A DNA stretch of 64,000 bases from Candidatus Nanoarchaeia archaeon. Lineage in GTDB: Archaea; Nanobdellota; Nanobdellia; Woesearchaeales; GW2011-AR4. The notes under the pieces were generated by a model. That model ran no database searches. It was not told the DNA's origin and saw only the letters and a program-made list of their open reading frames with translations. Below, one piece after another: positions 19,378 through 27,657 of this stretch. A program made the position numbers and the translations under genes. The stretch spans positions 22,168 through 86,167 of the forward strand of contig DATDYS010000013.1 in the NCBI GenBank assembly GCA_035288925.1, written 5' to 3'. Every line of letters starts with the position of its first letter. Position 1 is the first letter of the stretch.

Positions 19378-19905
19378 ATGGGACATCTAAAGATAATTGT
19401 AGACCATGTAAAGCTGGAATACAAGGGGCCTCTTGTTCTTAGCGATATGTTCAGGATGATTGAGACTTTCATCTGGGAAAAGGGCTATGACAAGCAGCAT
19501 GAGAAAGATTTTGAGCTTAACAACCCGGCAGGAAAATCATTCGAGTGGCAGGTTTCCCCATGGAAAAAGATATCAGACTATTCGCAGTACATACTTAAAA
19601 TCAGAATTCTTGGTTACGATTTCGTGAAAAGCGATATAATGGTCAACGGGAAGAAAACCAAAATCGACACCGGCAGGGTCAGCGTGGTGATTGACGCATT
19701 TCTTCAGCATGATTATGACAACTACTGGGACGAGCATCCGGTCCTTTATTTTTTGAGGACTATCTACGACCACTTTATTTTCAAGGTTTATACGGAAAAC
19801 CTCGAGCACAGGCTTGTGCACGACATGAACATGCTTGCCGATGACATTGCAAAATTTTTCAACATGTGCAGGCATTACACTGTGATTTCAAAATCAAAGC
19901 CATAA
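19378..19905 (+). CDS. hypothetical protein, paralog 2 of a tandem triplet
   Basis: 175 aa, same family as 18802 and 19910. Confidence 0.6.
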   Translation: MGHLKIIVDHVKLEYKGPLVLSDMFRMIETFIWEKGYDKQHEKDFELNNPAGKSFEWQVSPWKKISDYSQYILKIRILGYDFVKSDIMVNGKKTKIDTGRVSVVIDAFLQHDYDNYWDEHPVLYFLRTIYDHFIFKVYTENLEHRLVHDMNMLADDIAKFFNMCRHYTVISKSKP

Positions 19906-19909
19906 AAAA

Positions 19910-20422
19910 ATGTCAGAAAAAAAACAGGTAATTTACGATTTGAGGTACAGCTACAGCGGGCCTTTCCTGGTCGAGGATTTTTATGGCTATGTTGATGGCT
20001 GGATAAAAGAGCACGGGTTTGAGAAGGAGCCGAAAAAATCCCTTGAGTACGTGACGAAAGACGGCAAGCAAATCCAGTGGATTATTGAAGTCCACAGCCA
20101 CCTGGATGATCTGCACCACGGAATCGTGTTCCTGAAAGTCCTGATGAGCAATGTGAAGGAAACCGTGATAAAAATGAACAATAAAAAAATCAGGATAAAC
20201 AGCGGCGACGTCTTTGTCAACATTGACGGGTTCATTGACGCGCACGTGCACTCCACTTTCTGGCAGGTCAAGCCGGTTTATACTTTCATGAGAACTATAG
20301 TGGACAGGTTTGCGTACCATTTCCACTCTGACAAATACGACGGGGTTGTAGCAGAGCAGTCCCACAAGCTGTTCAAGGACATCCGTGCATTCTTCAACAC
20401 GCAGAAATTCAAGTACGAGTAA
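19910..20422 (+). CDS. hypothetical protein, paralog 3 of a tandem triplet
   Basis: 170 aa, same family. Confidence 0.6.
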   Translation: MSEKKQVIYDLRYSYSGPFLVEDFYGYVDGWIKEHGFEKEPKKSLEYVTKDGKQIQWIIEVHSHLDDLHHGIVFLKVLMSNVKETVIKMNNKKIRINSGDVFVNIDGFIDAHVHSTFWQVKPVYTFMRTIVDRFAYHFHSDKYDGVVAEQSHKLFKDIRAFFNTQKFKYE

Positions 20423-20490
20423 AAGATTATAATTTAAGTATAGGTAGAAATAAATTTCCTAAGCAATTTTTCTTTGATAATTTTATAATT

Positions 20491-20610
20491 AATCAGGGAG
20501 GGAATGTTCTTGCCGCACTAAATGTTATTTAGTTGCCCTCCACCCACCCGATAAAATATTTGTTAATAGTGCCCGATAAAACTCAATATGCGCAAGGGGG
20601 TGGGGAACGG
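20491..20610 (+). repeat. dispersed repeat family, copy A (AATCAGGGAGGGAAT ... GCCCTCCACCCACCC ... GGGGGTGGGG)
   Basis: 15-mer AATCAGGGAGGGAAT at 20491-20505 and 15-mer GCCCTCCACCCACCC at 20535-20549, identical to copy B at 55311-55360. GGGAGG/CCTCCC can pair. Confidence 0.65.
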
Positions 20611-20743
20611 ATGTTAAACAGAAAAAGTAGGAATCTGGTATTTCCCCTGAAGAATTTTAAAGTTTTGATTGAAAAGTAAATTATAAATTTTTTCACAACA
20701 TTTAAATAAGGTTTTCCAATTCAAAATAGATGACTAGGCAAAT

Positions 20744-20890
20744 GCGGGGGTTATTCTTAAGCGCACGCTTTTGAATCCTTAGAGCAAAGCCTGGTCAAAT
20801 GCGCAGGACTTAAGGAGGCACCCATCTGTAAATGGGATTATGATATCCTGTCTCTTAGTGAGTACGAGGGTTCGAATCCCTTCCCCCGCA
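20744..20890 (+). tRNA. tRNA-Leu (anticodon TAA) with two predicted introns: ~31 nt near position 8/9 (non-canonical) and ~30 nt at 37/38
   Basis: Acceptor GCGGGGG pairs with CCCCCGC, then A. D-arm GCA-AAGCCTGGTCAAA-TGC. Anticodon stem CAGGA/TCCTG with loop CTTAAG|A. Long variable arm TCTCTTAGTGAGTAC. T-arm GAGGG-TTCGAAT-CCCTT. Matches the recalled archaeal tRNA-Leu(UAA) layout. Confidence 0.55.
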
Positions 20891-20941
20891 TTTTTTCTTT
20901 TCACAAACTTTTAAAAATGAGACTAATTATCAAATTACAGC

Positions 20942-21026
20942 GCCTCTGTAGCATAGTAGCCATTGCGTTGCCTTGGTATTTCAAACAAACAGGCAAAGGT
21001 CGTGGGTGCAATTCCCATCAGAGGCT
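20942..21026 (+). tRNA. candidate tRNA (anticodon GGT, Thr-like) with a 12-nt anticodon-loop intron; atypical T-loop
   Basis: Acceptor GCCTCTG/CAGAGGC. Anticodon stem TTGCC/GGCAA. T-stem GTGGG/CCCAT. The T-loop reads TGCAATT (G at 55), which is unusual. Confidence 0.35.
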
Positions 21027-21082
21027 TATTATATTTCTCTCGATTAGAAAACTTTTTATATAACTGATGGAATGGCATTTCG

Positions 21083-21559
21083 ATGGCGAAAGTCAGGAAA
21101 GTGATGTTGACAGACGTGCCGACATTAAAAAAAGAGGACAAAGTGGAAGAAGCAGCGCGGCTTCTGACCAAGACGGACAATGGCTGCCTGATAATAGTGG
21201 AGAATGACGTGCCAATCGGAATTCTTACGGAGCTGGATATTGTCAGGCACATCAAGTCAAAGAACATCATGAAGCAGCCAGTCAGCAGCATAATGTCTTC
21301 ACCAGTGAGATTCATGACTCCCGACATGAAACTGGACGAAGCGCTCAAGATAATCGACACGAAAAGATTTAGAAAATATCCGGTAATAGAGAACAACAGA
21401 TTAGTTGGATTGGTTACAAAAAATGACGTGATACTTGCAATCAGCGACAATATGAAGCTCCACAGGGCAATACAAAATATAGTGCTGATTCTCTTCGTGC
21501 TTTTCGAGCTCTTCGTTTTCATTCTTTACGAGCCGCTGAAACAGTATCTTGGAGGATAG
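21083..21559 (+). CDS. CBS-pair domain protein with C-terminal TM helix
   Basis: 158 aa. Two CBS motifs, then a hydrophobic tail. Confidence 0.7.
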   Translation: MAKVRKVMLTDVPTLKKEDKVEEAARLLTKTDNGCLIIVENDVPIGILTELDIVRHIKSKNIMKQPVSSIMSSPVRFMTPDMKLDEALKIIDTKRFRKYPVIENNRLVGLVTKNDVILAISDNMKLHRAIQNIVLILFVLFELFVFILYEPLKQYLGG

Positions 21560-22028
21560 CATGATAAGGGCAAAAAACATGATGAGCAGGGAAGTGATAG
21601 CGGTATCGCAAAATTCGAGCATAATGGATGCAGCCCAGCTGTCGCTGTCAAAGTCAGTAAGCAGCCTCGTTGTAATGGAAAAGGAAAAGATAGTTGCTGT
21701 TCTTAGCGAAAGGGATATAATTGCAGGAGTATTATTAAAAAAATCGAAAGTGAAAGATGTGATGAACAAAAACTTCACAACTATAGGCCCAAATACTTCC
21801 TTCAATGCGGTGAGCAGGCTTCTCAGGCAAAAGCAAACAATCAGATTTCCTGTCGTGGAAAATGACAAGGTAATAGGCATAGTGACAGAGACTGACATTG
21901 TGCAGGCCACGAGGGACTTCACGAGACTTCACCAGGTCGTGCAGGATGTCATCCTGACGATTTTTGGGGTCGCAACGGCATTCTTTCTCTTTTATTTCAG
22001 CCCCCTCAGGGTATGGATTTTCGGATAG
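21549..22028 (+). CDS. CBS-pair domain protein with C-terminal TM helix (tandem paralog)
   Basis: 159 aa, same architecture as 21083. Confidence 0.7.
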   Translation: MEDSMIRAKNMMSREVIAVSQNSSIMDAAQLSLSKSVSSLVVMEKEKIVAVLSERDIIAGVLLKKSKVKDVMNKNFTTIGPNTSFNAVSRLLRQKQTIRFPVVENDKVIGIVTETDIVQATRDFTRLHQVVQDVILTIFGVATAFFLFYFSPLRVWIFG

Positions 22029-22077
22029 CTTTTGATTAGAAAAATATAAATACAGCGCGCCATGAGCAGAAGTTAAG

Positions 22078-22201
22078 GGGCCTGTGGTCTAGCGGTATGA
22101 CGTCACCTCGACAAACGGCAAAGTCCGTTTACACCTTGTGGGACATAAAGTCCCGAGTATCGAAACGGTGAAGGCCACCAGTTCGAATCTGGTCAGGCCC
22201 A
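22078..22201 (+). tRNA. tRNA (anticodon GAC, Val-like) with a ~51-nt intron; position 33 is C, not U
   Basis: Acceptor GGGCCTG/CAGGCCC, then A. D-arm GTCT-AGCGGTA-TGAC. Anticodon stem TCACC/GGTGA. T-arm ACCAG-TTCGAAT-CTGGT. The intron contains two hairpins (ACGG..CCGT, GGGAC..GTCCC). Confidence 0.5.
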
Positions 22202-22283
22202 TTATTATTTAACCGTGCCATCGCAGATGGCACTTGTTTCCGCACTCAACTGACGGAACAGTTGATTAGGTCAGGCCCATTAT
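22191..22283 (+). repeat. 15-bp direct repeat GGTCAGGCCCATTAT (tRNA 3' end at 22191-22205, duplicated at 22269-22283) bracketing 63 bp
   Basis: Read directly. The intervening 63 bp contains an 8-bp perfect hairpin, GTGCCATC-GCA-GATGGCAC. Confidence 0.6.
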
Positions 22284-22307
22284 CATCCTTAATCATAAAA
22301 AAAGAGT

Positions 22308-23399
22308 GTGAGAATCATCAAGTCAAAACTTTATCCCAGGCTGTTCTTTTTGGGCTTGCTTGCTGCAATCCTGATTCTGGGATTTTATATAACCAGGCCG
22401 TTTCTGCCGGCGCTGCTTACCGGAGCAACAATTACATATCTTTGCTATCCTTTTTACTGCAAGTCGCTTAATTATATCAAAAACAAAAATGCAGCTGCAT
22501 TTGCAGTTTCAATCATCATAGTCCTTCTTTTTACAGTGCCTTTTATTATAATACTCGGCCTGGTGTCACAGGAGGCCTACTACACATACACCACGCTTAG
22601 CCAGCACAACCTTGGAACAAATTTCATGAAAATAGCCTGCAGGGATGAGGGCTGGCTGTCATGCAAGGGCATGCGCACTGTCGTCAGCCTTCTTCCGGAG
22701 CAAAATCTGGATTACTATCTCCAGGTTTCAATAGAAAAGATAACAAAATTCATTGTAGAAAATTTTTCAGCATTCATTGTTTCGCTTCCCTCAATAATGC
22801 TCAATTTCTTCATCATGATTTTCGTTGTTTACTACTTGCTTAAAGACGGCAACAAAGTGGCGGAACGGATAAAAAACCTTCTCCCGCTGAAAGAGCCGCA
22901 CAAGCAGAAAGTTTTGGCAAGATTCCACGATTTGACATTCGGCTCATTTTACGGAAGCATCCTGATGGCGGTCCTGCAGGGCGTTTTGGGCGGAATAGGG
23001 TTTCTCGTGCTCGGAGTGCCATCGGCATTATTATGGGGGTTTGTAATGATTCTTTTCGCGCTGGTTCCGTATTTTGGAACCGCGGTTGTCTGGCTTCCGG
23101 CTGCTCTCGACCTGATATTCCAAGGATACCTGCAAAATGACACATCTTTCACAGTGAGGGGGGTTGTGCTGATAATTTACGGGCTCCTTGTGGTAAGCAC
23201 CATAGACAATTTTTTGAAGCCGAAGCTGATTGGCTCAAAAACAAAAGTTCACCCAATAGTGGTTTTGCTTGGAGTTTTGGGCGGCCTGAAATTGTTCGGG
23301 TTTATAGGCATTATCCTGGGTCCGGTTATGCTGGCACTGCTCATGACGTTTGTTGAAATTTACGAAACGGAAAAAGGCGAAGTGGAAAAATATTTTTGA
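22308..23399 (+). CDS. AI-2E family transporter (PerM/UPF0118 permease)
   Basis: 363 aa, about 8 TM segments. Glycine-rich C-terminal helices typical of the AI-2E family. Confidence 0.55.
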   Translation: MRIIKSKLYPRLFFLGLLAAILILGFYITRPFLPALLTGATITYLCYPFYCKSLNYIKNKNAAAFAVSIIIVLLFTVPFIIILGLVSQEAYYTYTTLSQHNLGTNFMKIACRDEGWLSCKGMRTVVSLLPEQNLDYYLQVSIEKITKFIVENFSAFIVSLPSIMLNFFIMIFVVYYLLKDGNKVAERIKNLLPLKEPHKQKVLARFHDLTFGSFYGSILMAVLQGVLGGIGFLVLGVPSALLWGFVMILFALVPYFGTAVVWLPAALDLIFQGYLQNDTSFTVRGVVLIIYGLLVVSTIDNFLKPKLIGSKTKVHPIVVLLGVLGGLKLFGFIGIILGPVMLALLMTFVEIYETEKGEVEKYF

Positions 23400-23458
23400 T
23401 GCTTTAGCCTGCCCTTTATCTAAAATTTTAAATACTAATAACAAAGCAGTCCAATAAA

Positions 23459-24943
23459 ATGAAGCTCAAAATAAAAGACATTGACATTTCCAGCGGCGGG
23501 CCGCTGATTGCGGTAATGAACAAGTCAGACGCCGCGCTGCTTGACCTGCACCTGATGGACAGGATTAAGGTAAAAAAAGAAAAAAAAATTGAGACGGTTG
23601 TCCTGGACATTTCAGAGGGAAATAAAATCATCCCGGAAGGAAGGATAGGGGTGTTTGAAGAGGTAATTAATTCTCTTAAGCTAAAAAACAACGATGAAGT
23701 CACGATAATTCCCGCAAGAAAGCCGCTGTCCCTGGACTTCATAAAAAAAAAGCTCGACGGGCAGGAGCTCTCAAAAAAAGAAATAAACCAGATTGTCTGG
23801 GACATTGTGCACAACAAATTAAGCGCAGTTGAATTGACTTATTTTGTCGCGGCATGCTACATGCATGTCATGAGCACAAGGGAAACAATACTCCTTACAG
23901 AGGCGATGGTCGCGCACGGCGATACGCTGAAGCTAAATAAATATCCCGTGATAGACAAGCACTGCATCGGCGGAATTCCCGGCAACAGGACAACCCTTAT
24001 TGTAGTTCCGATAATTGCAGCTTCCGGCTATACAATTCCAAAAACAAGCTCACGTTCAATTACTTCACCCGCAGGAACTGCAGATACAATGGAAGTTCTC
24101 GCAAACGTAACCTTTCCGATAAAAAAAATGAAGGAAATAGTCCTGAAAACAAATGCCTGCATCGTATGGGGCGGCTCTTTAAATTTGGCGCCTGCGGATG
24201 ACAAGATAATCGCGGTTGAAAGGCCTTTGGAAATTGATGCGGAATCGCAATTGCTCGCATCCATCATGGCAAAAAAGCATTCTGTTTCAAGCACACACAT
24301 TTTGATTGACATTCCGAGCGGAAAGGACGCGAAAGTAAAAAGCAGGCGCGCAGCGCTTAAGCTGAAAAAAGAGTTCGAGAGCATCGGCAAAAGGTTGAAG
24401 AAGCACATTAAAGTAATTGTTTCAGACGGCAACCAGCCGGTTGGAAACGGAATCGGGCCTGCGCTTGAAGCCCGCGATATCTTATGGCTTTTGAAGCGGG
24501 ACCCTCGAAGGCCTCTTGATTTAGAGAAAAAGTGCCTGATGATGTGCTCCGAGATTTTTAGGATGATTGGAGTTAAAGATGGCTACAGGAAATCACTTGA
24601 GATTCTTGATTCAGGAAAAGCTTATTCGAAAATGATTGAAATAATAAAGGCCCAGGGTGGCAAGGAAATTGCAGCAGAAGACATTCCGATTGGAAAGTAT
24701 TCTCAGGATATTGTTTCGAAAAAATCATGCAGCGTAAGGGACATTGACAATTTGGTGATTTCCCGCATCGCAAGAATTGCAGGCGCCCCAAAAGACAAGG
24801 GTGCAGGAGTTTATTTGTACAAGCACAACGGCGACAAAGTAAAGCGGGGAGAAAAATTGTTTACAATTTATTCTGAATCTGAACACGAGTTCAAGTTTGC
24901 GGTTGAGTATACGAAAAAGAACAATGGATTTTTAGTGAAATAG
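23459..24943 (+). CDS. deoA: AMP phosphorylase (thymidine phosphorylase family, archaeal AMPpase type)
   Basis: 494 aa. N-terminal MKLKIKDIDISSGGPLIAVMNKSDAALLDLHLMDRIKV extension as in archaeal AMPpase, followed by the glycosyltransferase family 3 core. Confidence 0.75.
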   Translation: MKLKIKDIDISSGGPLIAVMNKSDAALLDLHLMDRIKVKKEKKIETVVLDISEGNKIIPEGRIGVFEEVINSLKLKNNDEVTIIPARKPLSLDFIKKKLDGQELSKKEINQIVWDIVHNKLSAVELTYFVAACYMHVMSTRETILLTEAMVAHGDTLKLNKYPVIDKHCIGGIPGNRTTLIVVPIIAASGYTIPKTSSRSITSPAGTADTMEVLANVTFPIKKMKEIVLKTNACIVWGGSLNLAPADDKIIAVERPLEIDAESQLLASIMAKKHSVSSTHILIDIPSGKDAKVKSRRAALKLKKEFESIGKRLKKHIKVIVSDGNQPVGNGIGPALEARDILWLLKRDPRRPLDLEKKCLMMCSEIFRMIGVKDGYRKSLEILDSGKAYSKMIEIIKAQGGKEIAAEDIPIGKYSQDIVSKKSCSVRDIDNLVISRIARIAGAPKDKGAGVYLYKHNGDKVKRGEKLFTIYSESEHEFKFAVEYTKKNNGFLVK

Positions 24944-25136
24944 GAATTTATAATCTCATATAGCTAAATGATTTTTGAATTGCAAAACTTTGCAGCCACC
25001 GAAACTCGTTTTATTATTCTGAATTTACGTATAAAACATCAGAAAGCTTTATAAATCCTCTAACTTTCCCAAACAAGCTAAAAAATAGTTGTAAAACTAT
25101 AATAATTGATAATCAAAACTTGGAGGGTATTTTAAA

Positions 25137-26423
25137 ATGGCTAAAGGAAAACCGCACATGAATATTGTATTTATCGGTCACGTTGACCACGGCAAATCAA
25201 CGACAGTCGGAAGATTATTGTACGACACGGGAAACATCGACGAGCAGGCAATGAGGAAGCTCAAGGACACTGCCAAGGAATTAGGAAAAGTCGGCTTCGA
25301 ATTCGCGTTCGTCATGGACAATCTAAAAGAAGAAAGAGAGCGTGGAGTTACAATCGACCTTTCACATAAAAGATTCGAATCGGCAAAATATTATTTTACA
25401 ATTATCGACGCACCTGGGCACAAGGATTTCATCAAGAACATGATTACGGGCGCAGCGCAGGCTGATGCCGGAATTCTGGTTGTTTCTGCAAACCCGGGCG
25501 ACGGAGTGCAGGCGCAGACCAAGGAGCACATTTTCTTATCAAGAACTTTGGGAGTCAACCAGCTGGTTGTTTATGTCAACAAGATGGACATGGCAAAGTA
25601 TGATGAAAGGAGATTCAACGAAGTCAAGGAAGAAGTTTCAAAGCAATTAAAAATGGTCGGCTACAAAGTTGAGGACGTTCCGTTCGTTGCAGGGGCTTCA
25701 TTCCCGGGCGACAACGTTGCCAAGAAATCAGACAAGATGCCTTGGTACAAAGGGCACACTTTGCTTGAGACACTTGATAATTTAAAAGAGCCTCAGAAGC
25801 CGACACAATTGCCATTGAGGCTTCCGATTCAGGATGTGTATAATATCACAGGAATTGGGGTTGTCCCGGTCGGCAAAGTTGTGACTGGCGTAATGAAAAT
25901 CAATGACAAAGTTATAGTTGTTCCTGCCAGGGAAGGAAAAGGAATTGTTGGTGAAGTCAAGACGATAGAGATGCACCACGAGCAGATGACAGAAGCTGAG
26001 CCGGGAGACAACATCGGATTCAACGTCAGGGGCATTGAAAAGAAAGACATTGCAAGAGGCGATGTTTTGGGGCACGTTAGCCACCCGCCAAGCGTTGCAA
26101 CTGAATTCACAGCGCAGATGATTGTTTTGAACCACCCAACTGTCATAACTGTCGGATACACTCCGGTGTTTCACGTTCATACAGCGCAGGTCGCATGCCA
26201 AATCACAGAGATTGTGAAGAAGCTTGACCCTGCAACGGGCGCAACAAAGGAAGAGAAGCCTGACTTCATCAAGAATGGAGACGCAGCAATCGTTAAAATC
26301 AAGCCTATACAGCCTTTGTGCATTGAAAAGCAGGCTGAGATACCGCAGATGGCAAGATTTGCCGTCAGAGATTCGGGTGTCACAGTAGCAGCAGGAATGT
26401 GCATTGACTTAGTGAAGAAGTAA
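25137..26423 (+). CDS. tuf: translation elongation factor 1-alpha
   Basis: 428 aa. [18 protein letters not shown]. aEF-1alpha-specific regions. Confidence 0.95.
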   Translation: MAKGKPHMNIVFIGHVDHGKSTTVGRLLYDTGNIDEQAMRKLKDTAKELGKVGFEFAFVMDNLKEERERGVTIDLSHKRFESAKYYFTIIDAPGHKDFIKNMITGAAQADAGILVVSANPGDGVQAQTKEHIFLSRTLGVNQLVVYVNKMDMAKYDERRFNEVKEEVSKQLKMVGYKVEDVPFVAGASFPGDNVAKKSDKMPWYKGHTLLETLDNLKEPQKPTQLPLRLPIQDVYNITGIGVVPVGKVVTGVMKINDKVIVVPAREGKGIVGEVKTIEMHHEQMTEAEPGDNIGFNVRGIEKKDIARGDVLGHVSHPPSVATEFTAQMIVLNHPTVITVGYTPVFHVHTAQVACQITEIVKKLDPATGATKEEKPDFIKNGDAAIVKIKPIQPLCIEKQAEIPQMARFAVRDSGVTVAAGMCIDLVKK

Positions 26424-26513
26424 TTTTATTTTTTCATTTTCCCCGATTTGGGGTCATGATAAACTGACAATTATCATGAAGCACTAAGTTGCTGAAAAAT
26501 CAATACCTAAAAA

Positions 26514-26822
26514 ATGCAAAAAGCAAGAATCAAACTGGCAAGCATTGATATCAACAAGATCAATGAAGTATGCAGCTACATTAAAGATATTTCTGACAAG
26601 ACGGGCGTTGACATGAGAGGCCCGATTCCTTTACCGACAAAAAGATTAAAGGTTACGACAAGAAAATCCCCAGATGGCGAAGGAACAGCAACTTGGGAAA
26701 GATACGAGATGCGGGTTCACAAAAGGTTGATTGATTTAGGCCTTGATGAGCGCGCTTTAAGATTGGTGATGAGAGTTCCTATTCCTGAAGGATTAAATAT
26801 CGAGATTGAAATGATAGAATAG
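26514..26822 (+). CDS. rps10: ribosomal protein uS10
   Basis: 102 aa. Follows tuf as in archaeal str-like clusters. Confidence 0.9.
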   Translation: MQKARIKLASIDINKINEVCSYIKDISDKTGVDMRGPIPLPTKRLKVTTRKSPDGEGTATWERYEMRVHKRLIDLGLDERALRLVMRVPIPEGLNIEIEMIE

Positions 26823-26845
26823 GTTTTTTCTGATTTCTTAAAATT

Positions 26846-27553
26846 TTAATCATTTATTTGCAGATTATTTATCACGCTAAGGGATCTTAATAAATCGTCC
26901 TTTTTGACTATTATTAATAATTCAGGCGCACAGCTCATTATTTCAACAATATTAACTCCTTCCGAATTCAGGCTGGATGCAACCAATGCAACAATTCCCT
27001 TGATATCCTGCGCTTCCTGTGTGAACTGCAGGTTGATTTCAACCAGTTTTTTATCAACTGAGATGACATCGTTTTTGTTGAATATATTGTAGAACTTTTC
27101 CATGTTTTTGTCATCTATGATAATTGTAATGCTTTGCTCTGCCTGGATTACCCTTATAATTTCTCCTTTTTCTATGTCCACTATTGAGTTTAACTTGCTT
27201 ATAGACTCGACGCTTCTTTTGTTTTTGCTGACCCTTAAGTCAACTATGTCGCTCCTTGTTTTTACTGCGATTTTCAGGAATAATTTTTTTAGGTTCCTGT
27301 CAGTTTCATCTTTTTCTGTTTTTTTGTATCTTCTTATTGCGCTTATCACGGCGTCCATGTTCTTGTCTTTCAAATCCAGTTTTTCTATCAAGTATCTCGC
27401 CAGTGCTCTCAGGCTCAATATATTCCTAAAAAGAGTTCTTCTTATTACGAAATCGCTGTCAAGGTATGTTTTTATCCTGTCTGATACATTATCATGTGTC
27501 ATAAAAGACCTATATGTGTCTTTATTTATAAATTTAATGGTTTTGTGCCACAA
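26846..27553 (-). CDS. hypothetical protein, possible regulator; divergent from trpE with an ACT-like C-terminal segment
   Basis: 235 aa. C-terminal GIVALVASSLNSEGVNIVEIMSCAPELLIIV looks ACT-like. Its position mirrors archaeal TrpY. No HTH could be confirmed. Confidence 0.35.
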   Translation of the reverse strand: MWHKTIKFINKDTYRSFMTHDNVSDRIKTYLDSDFVIRRTLFRNILSLRALARYLIEKLDLKDKNMDAVISAIRRYKKTEKDETDRNLKKLFLKIAVKTRSDIVDLRVSKNKRSVESISKLNSIVDIEKGEIIRVIQAEQSITIIIDDKNMEKFYNIFNKNDVISVDKKLVEINLQFTQEAQDIKGIVALVASSLNSEGVNIVEIMSCAPELLIIVKKDDLLRSLSVINNLQIND

Positions 27554-27657
27554 TCTTTAAGTACATGTATTTGTTTTATTTGTTTATGAAAATTAACTTA
27601 CTTAACGGATATTTGGATATTCTCTTTGATAATTTAGTCTCTGTTTCTTGGAATTAA

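Noticed and set aside
20935-21522. 195-aa minus-strand ORF
   Set aside because: Low-complexity product. It overlaps two CBS-domain genes and a tRNA-like locus on the opposite strand.
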